From NCBI GenBank assembly GCA_963676795.2, contig CAXXTB010000001.1, positions 448,001 through 512,000 of the forward strand: DNA of 64,000 nt. Reading direction: 5' to 3'. The stretch comes from Geopsychrobacteraceae bacterium. Its GTDB lineage: Bacteria > Desulfobacterota > Desulfuromonadia > Desulfuromonadales > Geopsychrobacteraceae. The translations under genes and the position numbers were made by a program. The notes beneath the pieces are model-generated. The model saw nothing but the letters and a program-made list of their open reading frames with translations. It was not told the DNA's origin and ran no database searches. Below, one piece after another: positions 9,480-18,659 of this stretch (positions are counted from its first letter, which is position 1; each line of letters opens with the position of its first letter).

Positions 9480-9932
9480 GAAACAGCCATTGGCTGTTTC
9501 TTTGGTTCTGCCCATGGATGACGAAGTCATCGTTGGGCGCAAGGCGTTTGGCTGGTATTTAGCTACGAAGAGACGCAGAAACGCTTTCGACATATTTAAA
9601 GAGCCATTTTTGCTGACTTTTTGGGGCTCCGGTCAAAAAGTTAGGCGGCGTTCGGGGCCGCAACCCCGAGGTTTTGGTCTTGGTTGTTGGCTGGCCTTGT
9701 CAGAGCATAAGATCAAAACCGCCGGTTCCCGTACCGGCAGACGTCACCCTTTTTCTTTGCGATCAAAGAAAAAGGGTGGAAAAAGAAACTCTTTGAAAAC
9801 ACTGACGTAAGTTGAATTTTCGCGCTTCGTAGTCTTTTCGCAGTAACTCTCCTCACGCTCAGACGAGTTGCTGCGCACCTCGAATTCGCGCAATCGCAAT
9901 GCCGGTGCCCGGCATGGATACATGGAACAAGC
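9480..9932 (+). repeat. Structured intergenic repeat, copy B
   Basis: Same hairpin order as copy A; its left arm is very close to the reverse complement of 56118-56321. Confidence 0.9.
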
Positions 9933-9943
9933 TTTTGAAACTG

Positions 9944-9975
9944 ACAAAGCCCGGATCATTTGACCCGGGCTTTGT
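9944..9975. terminator. Terminator between convergent TRIC gene and ahpF
   Basis: acaaagcccgg...ccgggctttgt. Confidence 0.65.
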
Positions 9976-10029
9976 TGTTGGCAGAAAAGAATCACAGGAG
10001 GGTATTCTTCTTCTGGTTGTTTGCAATGG

Positions 10030-11583
10030 CTACTTAGGCAGTTGTTCAATATGCCCTCTGGCGAAATCCTCGAAAGTACTCAACCCCGCCTTGGCGCCTT
10101 CGCCCATGGCGACGATAATCTGCTTGTAAGGAACATCAGTCACATCCCCGGCAGCGTAGATGCCGGTCAAGCCGGTCCGGCAGTGACCATCAACCTCGAT
10201 TTCACCACGCGGATTGAGGCTGACCAGTTCGGCAAAGGGAGCGCTATTCGGGTCGAGGCCGATCTGGACAAAGATCCCATCGACGCTGATGTTCTCACTT
10301 GCCTCGCTCTCGCGGTGGAGGATCGCCAGCCCGGTGACCTTGGCGCCGTCATCAAGAATATGGCGGGCCGCTCCGCTGGTGATGATTCTGGCGTTGCCCA
10401 AAGACTGGAGTTTCTTGATCAGGACTTCATCGGCGTTGAGTTTCGGGCCGAATTCGACCAGAGTGACGTGGGAACAGATCCCTGCCAAATCGATTGCCGC
10501 TTCAACCCCTGAGTTACCGCCGCCGATAACGGCGACCGGTTTGTCCTTGTAGAAGGGGCCGTCACAGTGCGGACAGAAGGCGACGCCGCGGCCGATGTTC
10601 TCTTTTTCCCCAGGGATTCCGAGCTGGCGCCACTTTGCGCCGGTCGCCAGGATCAGTGCCCCGGTGGTGATCTTCTCACCGCCGTGCATATGCATGGTTT
10701 TGCGCGGGCCGTTGTCAATCTGTTCGACTCGCCGGTGTTCAAGGATGTCTACCGGATAAGCATCGAGGTGTTGGAACAGATTGGCCGCCAGCAGCGGTCC
10801 TTCGGTATAGGGGATGGAAATCAGGTTCTCGATCCCCTTGGTTTCATTGACCTGACCTCCGATCCGTTCAGCGACGATTGCGGTTTTCAGGCCTTTGCGG
10901 GCGGTGTAGATGGCTGCGGCAACACCGGCCGGTCCGCCACCGATAACGGTGACGTCGTAATCTTTGGTTTCGTTCGATACGATGATCTGATGACCATAAT
11001 GACCTTCAAGTTTGTCGAGCAGCTCGGTCAGACCGGCCTTGCCGACATGGATCATCTTGTCACCGGCAAAAACCGCCGGAACCCCCTGGATCCCGCGTTT
11101 CTTGATCTCGTCCTGGAAGTAGGTTCCCTCGACGATCTCATGGTGGAAATCTGGATGAATCAGGGCCATCAGGTTGAGCGCTTGAACGACATCAGGACAG
11201 TTGACACAACTGGTCGAGACATAGCTGGTCAGGTGGATCGGGCCGTTGAGGGCACTGATCCGGGCCTGGACCCCGGCGTCAGGCCATTTGCCCTTGCCAT
11301 CAGCATTCAAAACAGCGAGGATCAGCGTGGTGAACTCATGACCACCGGGAATGCCGCGAAACTGGATTGGAAGGGCCTGGCCGTTCTTTTCAATCTGCAG
11401 GGCTAGCGGATCGATCTGGCGGTTCTCAACATGCAGTTTGGCGGAAGTCGCGGCGACGTCAGTGACCAGGTCGAGTAATTCCTGCTGAGCATCATGGCCA
11501 CCGGCAGCGGTGATGAAACGGTAGTCGGTTGAAAGAGTGGCGTAGACGCTGCTGAGCTGCTCATGGGTGGCTTGATCCAACAT
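10030..11583 (-). CDS. ahpF: Alkyl hydroperoxide reductase subunit F
   Basis: N-terminal SCVNCPDVV, GHEFTTLILA, GGGPAG, FCPHCDGP, GGGNSG. Confidence 0.95.
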   Translation of the reverse strand: MLDQATHEQLSSVYATLSTDYRFITAAGGHDAQQELLDLVTDVAATSAKLHVENRQIDPLALQIEKNGQALPIQFRGIPGGHEFTTLILAVLNADGKGKWPDAGVQARISALNGPIHLTSYVSTSCVNCPDVVQALNLMALIHPDFHHEIVEGTYFQDEIKKRGIQGVPAVFAGDKMIHVGKAGLTELLDKLEGHYGHQIIVSNETKDYDVTVIGGGPAGVAAAIYTARKGLKTAIVAERIGGQVNETKGIENLISIPYTEGPLLAANLFQHLDAYPVDILEHRRVEQIDNGPRKTMHMHGGEKITTGALILATGAKWRQLGIPGEKENIGRGVAFCPHCDGPFYKDKPVAVIGGGNSGVEAAIDLAGICSHVTLVEFGPKLNADEVLIKKLQSLGNARIITSGAARHILDDGAKVTGLAILHRESEASENISVDGIFVQIGLDPNSAPFAELVSLNPRGEIEVDGHCRTGLTGIYAAGDVTDVPYKQIIVAMGEGAKAGLSTFEDFARGHIEQLPK

Positions 11584-11618
11584 GCTGATTCCTTTTTTTT
11601 GATATTTGCGCAAAATGC

Positions 11619-11674
11619 ACCCCCCTCAATCCCCCCTATGGAATAGGGGGGAAGCGAGTTTACGAGCAGGGGGG
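11619..11674. other. Intercistronic G/C hairpin between ahpC and ahpF
   Basis: cccccctat-gga-atagggggg stem inside a larger C-run/G-run palindrome. Confidence 0.5.
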
Positions 11675-11685
11675 TATGAAACTAT

Positions 11686-12252
11686 TTAGATCTTGCCGAC
11701 CAGGTCAAGACCCGGCTTGAGGGTTGCCGCACCTGGTTTCCAGTTGGCCGGGCAGACTTCGCCGTCGTTTTCGGCAACAAACTGGGAAGCCTGAACCTTG
11801 CGGACAATCTCGTCGGCGTTACGGCCAACCGAGTTGTTGCTGTACTCCGCAACCTGGATGACTCCTTGCGGGTCGACGATGAAGGTGCAGCGATAGGTCA
11901 CACCGTCTTCTTCGATGTAGGTACCCAGAGCGCGGGAGAGTGCCCCGGTCGGATCGGCCAGCATCGCAAACTTGATCTTTTTGATGGTTTCCGAGGTATC
12001 CCACCAGGCTTTATGGACGAAGTGGGTATCGGTGCTGACTGAGTAAACTTCGCAGTTGATTGCCTTGAGTTCTTCATACTTGTCGGCGATATCTCCCAGC
12101 TCGGTCGGGCAAACAAAGGTGAAGTCAGCCGGGTAGAAGAACAGGACCGACCATTTGCCCTGCAGGTTCTTGTCAGTGACAACTTTGAATTCATTGTTCT
12201 GGAACGCTTGAAGTTTGAATTCTGGCAGTTTGGTATTGATGATTGATTGCAT
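11686..12252 (-). CDS. ahpC: Peroxiredoxin AhpC
   Basis: FYPADFTFVCPTE and GEVCPA. Confidence 0.97.
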   Translation of the reverse strand: MQSIINTKLPEFKLQAFQNNEFKVVTDKNLQGKWSVLFFYPADFTFVCPTELGDIADKYEELKAINCEVYSVSTDTHFVHKAWWDTSETIKKIKFAMLADPTGALSRALGTYIEEDGVTYRCTFIVDPQGVIQVAEYSNNSVGRNADEIVRKVQASQFVAENDGEVCPANWKPGAATLKPGLDLVGKI

Positions 12253-12327
12253 CGGTAGATCCTCCTTGGTTAGGTTATAAGATTAATTCTTACCTGCGAA
12301 ACTTGGAGAAAGATTGCCGCAGTTGTC

Positions 12328-12376
12328 ATAATTTGTAAAATTTATTAAATTTACTACCGCTATAAATAAAATTTAT
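12328..12376. promoter_or_regulatory. Probable OxyR operator in the divergent ahpC/oxyR promoter
   Basis: AT-rich; ATAA-N7-TTAT at 12362-12376 resembles the OxyR ATAG-N7-CTAT repeat. Confidence 0.5.
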
Positions 12377-12389
12377 ATGGAGTAGAGCG

Positions 12390-13268
12390 ATGAATCTGCG
12401 TTCACTGAGTTACCTGGTTGCCCTGGAAAAGCACGGCAGCTTCAAGTCAGCAGCTGATGACTGCCATGTCAGCCAGCCGGCATTGAGCATTCAGATCAAG
12501 AAGTTCGAAGATGAATTGGGTGTGCTGCTCCTGGAGCGCAATCCCAGAGGGTTTATCTTTACCCCCTGCGGAGAAGAAGTACTCAAGCGCGCTCATGGTA
12601 TTCTACAACAGGTCGATGAAATCACAACTTTGGCCGGCAACTGGCACAACCCCTATGCCGGAACTCTGTCGCTGGGGGCGTTTCCGACCCTGGCTCCCTA
12701 TTTTCTGCCCCATATCATCGATCATCTGGTCGATGTCTACCCGCAGTTGCAGATCAACCTGGTTGAAGAGAAGACCCATGTGTTGATCGAACGGTTGCTC
12801 GAAGGAAAGCTCGACGCGGCGTTTCTCGCGCTGCCGGTCGAAGAGGATGAGCTGGAGTACGGCGAGATCTTCAGTGAGGAGTTTTTTGTCGGCGTTTCCC
12901 CCCGTCATCACTGGGGCGACAAGCGGGCGATTACCTCTCAGCAGCTGGCCAGTGAACGACTGCTGCTGCTGGAAGACGGCCACTGTCTGCGCGGCCAGGC
13001 TCTTGACTACTGTTCAAGCAGCGGCATCGGCGAGGTTCTGAATTTCCGCGCCAGCTCGATGGAAACCCTGCTGCAGATGATCAGTATGGGGCGGGCCATC
13101 TCGCTGATACCGGAGTGTGTGGCCGACAGGAACAGCGGGATCAACTATCTGCAGCTCGAAGGGGGCGGACCGACCCGGACCATCGGTCTCTACTGGCGCA
13201 AGTCGACGGTCCGCCGCGACCTGATGCTGGAACTGGTCGACGACCTAAGCCGCGAGTATGGCAAGTAG
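12390..13268 (+). CDS. oxyR: H2O2-sensing LysR regulator OxyR
   Basis: LysR HTH (VSQPALSIQIKK); LEDGHCLRGQALDYC with both redox Cys; divergent from ahpC. Confidence 0.93.
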   Translation: MNLRSLSYLVALEKHGSFKSAADDCHVSQPALSIQIKKFEDELGVLLLERNPRGFIFTPCGEEVLKRAHGILQQVDEITTLAGNWHNPYAGTLSLGAFPTLAPYFLPHIIDHLVDVYPQLQINLVEEKTHVLIERLLEGKLDAAFLALPVEEDELEYGEIFSEEFFVGVSPRHHWGDKRAITSQQLASERLLLLEDGHCLRGQALDYCSSSGIGEVLNFRASSMETLLQMISMGRAISLIPECVADRNSGINYLQLEGGGPTRTIGLYWRKSTVRRDLMLELVDDLSREYGK

Positions 13269-13291
13269 GCAAGCCCGTCAATCCTCAAGGT

Positions 13292-14137
13292 ATGCTGATT
13301 ATGGGATCAAAAGAGATAACCGCTGATTCGTCTGCAGTACAGTCTGCAAGGCAGATCCCGGTCCGCGACCCGGCCGACCCCTGGCTGCTGCCTGGTTATG
13401 AGGCTCTGTATCAGTACTTTGGTGAGCGTGGCGAGATGGAAACCCTGGAGGTTATCAAGGACCGACTCTCCTGGAACCCGGAAAAAGTGATTGATGGTTA
13501 CTTCTGCCGCTATGAAATGGTCCTGCTTGTCGATGAGCACGAGCGGATCATCGGTGTCCGCGATCACAGCATCATCGTCCCCGGGCGAACTGCAGCTGAG
13601 GAGCAACGGGCTGTGGTGGTTCATCTGTCGCATATCCTGATTGCCGAGGAAGAGCGGGGGCAGCACAGGTATTTTCTCGGCGACGAGATTCTGTTGAGGA
13701 CGGCACGGGGGCTGATGCGGGGCGCCGGTCTGGAGGATGCAACCCCGATTGTTCTGGCCGCAGAGGTCGACCCCCCGCAGCCGGGAAATGCCGAGCGCGA
13801 GCGGCGTCTGAACGTGTTCCGGGCTCTCGGCTACCGGCCGGTCGCGCCGGACCAGGTGACCTATCTGCAACCCGATTTCCGTCCGCCCGTGCTGATCGCT
13901 GCCAGCGGCGAGCAGCCGGTGCCGCTCCTTCTACTGATCAAACAGATCGGCCGCGACCGGATTGACCGGCTCTGTGCCACTGAGCTGCGCCACACAGTCA
14001 GCTGCCTCTATCATATGTATGGCAGAACCATGCGTGCTGCACATATGAAAGTCGTTTACGCCTCACTGAACAGCTATCCGGTCGGGGAGATGCCGCTAGG
14101 CCTGAGCTGGAAGACGCTTGGATCAGATTGCGATTGA
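13292..14137 (+). CDS. Hypothetical protein, possible GNAT-fold acyltransferase
   Basis: HILIAEEERGQ, RRLNVFRALGY, YLQP resemble GNAT motifs; start 13292 or 13301, after the oxyR stop. Confidence 0.5.
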   Translation: MLIMGSKEITADSSAVQSARQIPVRDPADPWLLPGYEALYQYFGERGEMETLEVIKDRLSWNPEKVIDGYFCRYEMVLLVDEHERIIGVRDHSIIVPGRTAAEEQRAVVVHLSHILIAEEERGQHRYFLGDEILLRTARGLMRGAGLEDATPIVLAAEVDPPQPGNAERERRLNVFRALGYRPVAPDQVTYLQPDFRPPVLIAASGEQPVPLLLLIKQIGRDRIDRLCATELRHTVSCLYHMYGRTMRAAHMKVVYASLNSYPVGEMPLGLSWKTLGSDCD

Positions 14138-14167
14138 CGGGAACTCTCGAATGACGAATTCCAAGTT

Positions 14168-14680
14168 TCAGCCCTTGGCAAACGACAGGGTCAACTGCTG
14201 TCTGATAGTGTGGGCAAACCCTTCGAGGTCACCGTCGCCTTTCAGCTGGCCGATCCGGCGGTATTTCTCTTCCTGCCACTCTCCGAAATAGAAGCACTGC
14301 TCTCCCTCTTCTGTCAGCCCCAGTTCCTGGGTATAGCATTTGAATTCCGCCTTGATCTCGGCCTGGCTGTTGATCTTGGTGATCAGGATCAGGGCAACGC
14401 GCAGGCATTCGTCGTTGTACTTGGGCTCTGGCATGGTAAAGACCAGCATCGGAAACTCACCGGTCCGGGAGACCATGATATCGATATCGCCAGCGGTGAA
14501 ATCAGCCGGTTCGTCAGGACAGAATTCGTTGACCTGATTGAGGACTTCCTGCAGGAAGGTCTGGCTGGCCTCAGAGGCGAAGGCCTTGAAAAAATGTTTC
14601 GGGTCGGTCGCGCAGATCTGGCGCAGGGCCGTATGGGCAAAAAGATAGTGGGCTTTTCTTGGTTGAGCTTGAGCTGACAT
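14168..14680 (-). CDS. Hypothetical protein
   Basis: 170-aa ORF with coding-like composition filling the gap; no recognised domain. Confidence 0.65.
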   Translation of the reverse strand: MSAQAQPRKAHYLFAHTALRQICATDPKHFFKAFASEASQTFLQEVLNQVNEFCPDEPADFTAGDIDIMVSRTGEFPMLVFTMPEPKYNDECLRVALILITKINSQAEIKAEFKCYTQELGLTEEGEQCFYFGEWQEEKYRRIGQLKGDGDLEGFAHTIRQQLTLSFAKG

Positions 14681-14945
14681 CGGTTTGACCTTTTTTCAAA
14701 TAGTTTAGTAGCCATCCGGAAACTCCGGTGGGCAACGTTTAAGTTTTCAGGTTGGAAACCTGTTATAAATGAATTCCCCTTATAACCCGGGCAGGGTTGT
14801 CAATTCCAGAGAAAGGGGAAAATTCCAGCAGCGCAATGAAAAAGAATGGTGTCTTTATCGTCAATGTGTTAGAAGCCGTTTCGGTTTCTTGGTGAAAAAG
14901 ACTATTTATCAGCTATTTATATTTATAAGGAACAGGACAGAGTTC

Positions 14946-16343
14946 GTGACCCATAGCGATTTTTCCGCATTATCTCTTCACGCCGATCTGCTCAGCAATC
15001 TGAATACTATCGGTTATATGACTATGACGCCGATCCAGGAACGCAGCCTGCCGCCCATCCTGGCCGGGCGCGATGTCATCGGTCAGGGGAAGACCGGTTC
15101 CGGCAAGACCGCGGCCTTTGGCCTTGGGCTGCTCAACAGGCTCGATGTCAAGGCCTTCCGGGTTCAGGCGCTGGTCCTTTGCCCGACCCGCGAACTGGCT
15201 GATCAGGTCGCCCAGGAGATCCGCAAGCTGGCGCGCAGCATCCATAATATCAAGGTTCTCACTCTCTGTGGCGGCATGCCTTTCGGGCCGCAGCTCAGCT
15301 CGCTGGAGCATGGTGCGCACATCATCGTCGGCACGCCGGGGCGGGTTGAAGAGCACGTCCGGCGTGGTTCGCTGCAGCTCAAAGATCTGACCCTGCTGGT
15401 CCTCGATGAAGCCGACCGGATGCTCGAGATGGGTTTTCAGGAGGAGCTCGATGCCATTGTCGCACAGACACCCGAAGAACGTCAGACCCTGCTGTTCAGT
15501 GCCACCTACCCGCAGCAGATCGCCTCGATCGCCGAACAGGTTATGCGGGACCCCTTGATGGTACAGGTTGAAACGACCCACGCTGCGACGGTAATCGAGC
15601 AGCATTTCTATCAGGTTGACGAGGACGAAGATCAACAGCAACGCAAGTGTGCGCTGCGCCTGCTGCTGCACCATTATCAGCCGGGCTCGAGCGTGATCTT
15701 CTGCAGTACCAAGCGCGATGCCCAGGATGTCGCCGATTATCTGGCCGGACATGGCCTGAGCGCCCTGGCTATCCACGGCGACCTGGAGCAACGCGACCGC
15801 GATCTGGCCCTGGTCAGATTCGCCAACGGCAGTGTCTCGATTCTGGTTGCTACCGATGTTGCCGCCCGTGGTCTCGATATCGAAGCGCTCGACATGGTTA
15901 TCAACTTCCATCTGGCCCGTGAACCTGAGGTGCATGTCCATCGCATCGGCCGCACTGGGCGGGCCGGTAGTCAGGGGCTGGCCTGTTCCCTTTACAGCAG
16001 CAAGGAAGCCTTCAAGGTCGCGCGGCTGGGGCGTTTTCTGCAGCAGGATTTAACCGGCGAAGAACTGCCGGACGAGGCCGTCCTTGCCAGACCGTTGGCT
16101 GAACCTGCAATGGTGACCCTGCAGATCGACGGCGGCAAGCGCAACAAACTGCGGCCTGGCGATATTCTCGGCTGTCTTACCGCTCCGGGCGGCATCGGGG
16201 GAGAGCAGGTTGGCAAGATCAAGCTGTTTCCCAACTGGGCTTTCGTTGCGGTTGACACAAAGGCAGCACGCAAGGCTTTGCAGCAGCTCAACGAGGGGCG
16301 CCTCAAAGGACGTAACTTCCGCGCCCGGGCGGTGCGCAGATAG
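14946..16343 (+). CDS. dbpA: DEAD-box RNA helicase DbpA
   Basis: GKTGSGKT, DEAD, SAT, HRIGRTGR, C-terminal GGKRNKLRPGDILG; GTG start inferred. Confidence 0.93.
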   Translation: MTHSDFSALSLHADLLSNLNTIGYMTMTPIQERSLPPILAGRDVIGQGKTGSGKTAAFGLGLLNRLDVKAFRVQALVLCPTRELADQVAQEIRKLARSIHNIKVLTLCGGMPFGPQLSSLEHGAHIIVGTPGRVEEHVRRGSLQLKDLTLLVLDEADRMLEMGFQEELDAIVAQTPEERQTLLFSATYPQQIASIAEQVMRDPLMVQVETTHAATVIEQHFYQVDEDEDQQQRKCALRLLLHHYQPGSSVIFCSTKRDAQDVADYLAGHGLSALAIHGDLEQRDRDLALVRFANGSVSILVATDVAARGLDIEALDMVINFHLAREPEVHVHRIGRTGRAGSQGLACSLYSSKEAFKVARLGRFLQQDLTGEELPDEAVLARPLAEPAMVTLQIDGGKRNKLRPGDILGCLTAPGGIGGEQVGKIKLFPNWAFVAVDTKAARKALQQLNEGRLKGRNFRARAVRR

Positions 16344-16346
16344 CTA

Positions 16347-17957
16347 TTATTCAGTGCCCTGAGCTGTCAGCGCAGCATCGGCGAAAAATAGCGCATGATT
16401 TGAGGTGAACAGCGGCGGGGTGCGGTTGACGATCGCTTTGATCTTTGCCGAACCGAGCAGGCGCTGGTTGAGGAAGCGCCGGGCGCTGGCACGGTTCCAG
16501 GTGCTGTCCGTGTGAAAGCGCTGGTAGAGCCCCAATGGGGTGTCGCCGGCGATCTCGTCGGTGGCGCTGATTCCATAGCTTTCCGGGTTTTCGAGCAGCC
16601 CTGAGGCGCGCGGCATGTTCATGATCGCCAGGTTGAGGAAGCCGATCTCAGCGGCGTGCTTTTCCAGAAATTCGAGGGTCAGTTCGGCGTCCCTTTCTGT
16701 TTCCCCCGGGGTGCCGAGCATGATGTAGACGAAGGTGGCGATTCCGGCCTGGCGCAGGTTGGCGAGGATCCGCTCGACTGCATCGAGACGAATTCCTTTC
16801 TGCAGTCGGTCGAGGACCTGCTGCGAGCCCGATTCCAGCCCCAGCTGCAGCATTTTGCAGCCGCTTTTTGCCAGTCGCTCTACAAAATCGGCATCTTCCA
16901 AAGCCTTTTCAAAACGGACAAAACCGAACCAATGTATTCCCTTGAGCAAGTTCGCATTATCGGCGAGATGCCTGAGCATGTTGAGCGGGATGGCGTTGTC
17001 GGTGAGCTGGATGTGGTTGACGCCATGTTTGTCGGCCAACTCGCGCATGGTTTGCGCCAGCTGTGCATTGGGAAAGGCGCTGTACGGGTGAACCGGGTTG
17101 GCGGCTTCCGGGCAAAACAGGCATTTGCGCCAGTAACAGCCGCGTGAGGCGGTCAACGGTAGAATGGGCCGGGGCGACAGGTAGTCAGCGCAGCGGGCGA
17201 AGCTGAAATCGGGGGTGAAGGCGATGTCGCTGCAGTCGGCGAGGGTGTAGGGTTTATCGCTCTGGGTCGCCAGGGAGCACAGGCTGGTTTCTCCCGGTCC
17301 GAAGACCAGATGATCGAAGGCTGGCAACTGAAGCTGCAGCTCTTTGATCATCTGTTGCCAGGAGGTGATCAGCCCGCCACCGGCAATCAGGGGGGTGTCC
17401 GGCAGGGCACGACGCAGCAGGCCGGCCAACTCAAAGGCTGGAAGGGCCTGATGCAGGTAATTGATCGAGATGGCGATCAGCTTGGGGTTGATCGCTTCGA
17501 TCTGCGGCACCAGCCTGGAGGTGAAATAGTCGGCAAACAGGGTCGGGCTGGTTCCCGAGGCGGTCCGTTCAAGATCCTCCGGGGCAAAGGGGGAGAGTGA
17601 GCTGTGCTGATAATCTCCCAGGGTCAGTTTTTCGTCAGCGGTATTCCACAGGGCGAGCAGGCGATTGAGATAGCGTACGGCGGTATTGTAGCGGGCAAAG
17701 TTTGTCCCCGCCGCGGAACGCAGGACGTCCAGCGATTCGGCGCGATGCTTGAGCGCCCGGCGCAGGGCCGTATCGCTGCTGTCGGCACACCGGTCCTTCA
17801 GACGTCCGTCTTCAAGGAGAAACAGGTAGGCCTCCAGATTGCTGTCGATCGCTTCAACCTGCTGCCCTCTGGCGCGCAGATGGGCACAGAGGATCGCCAG
17901 CGCCAGCGGCGGCTCGGCCACTTTGAGGGCCGGGGGCTGGAGGAGCAGGGTGGTCAT
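16347..17957 (-). CDS. B12-binding-domain radical SAM protein
   Basis: N-terminal LLQPP..EPPLALAIL; SRGCYWRKCLFC; GLESGSQQVL. Confidence 0.85.
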   Translation of the reverse strand: MTTLLLQPPALKVAEPPLALAILCAHLRARGQQVEAIDSNLEAYLFLLEDGRLKDRCADSSDTALRRALKHRAESLDVLRSAAGTNFARYNTAVRYLNRLLALWNTADEKLTLGDYQHSSLSPFAPEDLERTASGTSPTLFADYFTSRLVPQIEAINPKLIAISINYLHQALPAFELAGLLRRALPDTPLIAGGGLITSWQQMIKELQLQLPAFDHLVFGPGETSLCSLATQSDKPYTLADCSDIAFTPDFSFARCADYLSPRPILPLTASRGCYWRKCLFCPEAANPVHPYSAFPNAQLAQTMRELADKHGVNHIQLTDNAIPLNMLRHLADNANLLKGIHWFGFVRFEKALEDADFVERLAKSGCKMLQLGLESGSQQVLDRLQKGIRLDAVERILANLRQAGIATFVYIMLGTPGETERDAELTLEFLEKHAAEIGFLNLAIMNMPRASGLLENPESYGISATDEIAGDTPLGLYQRFHTDSTWNRASARRFLNQRLLGSAKIKAIVNRTPPLFTSNHALFFADAALTAQGTE

Positions 17958-18499
17958 TGCGTCTCCTTAAGGTGCTGCGGGGTCAAGCTCAGGCTGTTGC
18001 TGTCATCGCTGAGCCACAGGCTGCCGTCCTGAATGGTGCAATTGAGGCGCATATTGCGCCGGGCCAGCCCCGCCAGGGCTTTGCTCTCCTTAGCTGCGAT
18101 GTTGATGATTTCCAGGTTGGTGAAACGCTGCAGCGGCTCGGCGTTCTTCTGCCACCAGAGATCGGCAGTGCGGCCACCGTAGAGGCAGAGGACAACCCGT
18201 TCGGCGCGGCTGCAGGCTTTGCGCACCCTTCGTTCGTCGGGCAGGCCGACGTCGATCCACAGTTCGATGTCGCCGCTTAAGGAATGTTGCCAGAGATCGG
18301 GTTCGTCATCGGCACAGAGGCCCTTGGTAAATTTCAGGCGCTCATCGACATGGAGCAGAAAGCTGAGCAGGCGGATCATCAGTCGTTCGTCGGTTTCCGA
18401 CGGGTGGCGAGCGAGGGTCAGCTGGTGATCGGCATAGTAATGGCGATTGAGATCGGCGATCTGCACCGTTGCTTTGAAGATGGTTGAACCAAGGGCCAT
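17954..18499 (-). CDS. yaeQ: YaeQ family protein
   Basis: LARHPSETDERLMIRLL, KGLCADDEPDLW, WIDVGLPD. Confidence 0.93.
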   Translation of the reverse strand: MALGSTIFKATVQIADLNRHYYADHQLTLARHPSETDERLMIRLLSFLLHVDERLKFTKGLCADDEPDLWQHSLSGDIELWIDVGLPDERRVRKACSRAERVVLCLYGGRTADLWWQKNAEPLQRFTNLEIINIAAKESKALAGLARRNMRLNCTIQDGSLWLSDDSNSLSLTPQHLKETQ

Positions 18500-18659
18500 G
18501 AGAGTCTGCTTTCCCGGGAATCCGATGTGAGTCGGCTGACTATAGAAGATCGAGGAGGGCGGAGCAAGCTGTTACATTTTGACAAAGTTGGCCAGCTTTG
18601 GAGATACTGTCAGCTATAAGCGAAATCATCTGTCGACATATGAGAAGAGGGGAGAGCGT

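Noticed and set aside
8302..9932. Repeats A and B read as CRISPR or integron attC
   Set aside because: No short repeat-spacer periodicity, no cas or intI genes, and the units are too long and lack attC core sites
14769..14945. N-terminal extensions in the ORF track (dbpA; also 13115, 18579, 48013, 59349, 61745)
   Set aside because: Downstream starts fit the RBS and family N-termini better
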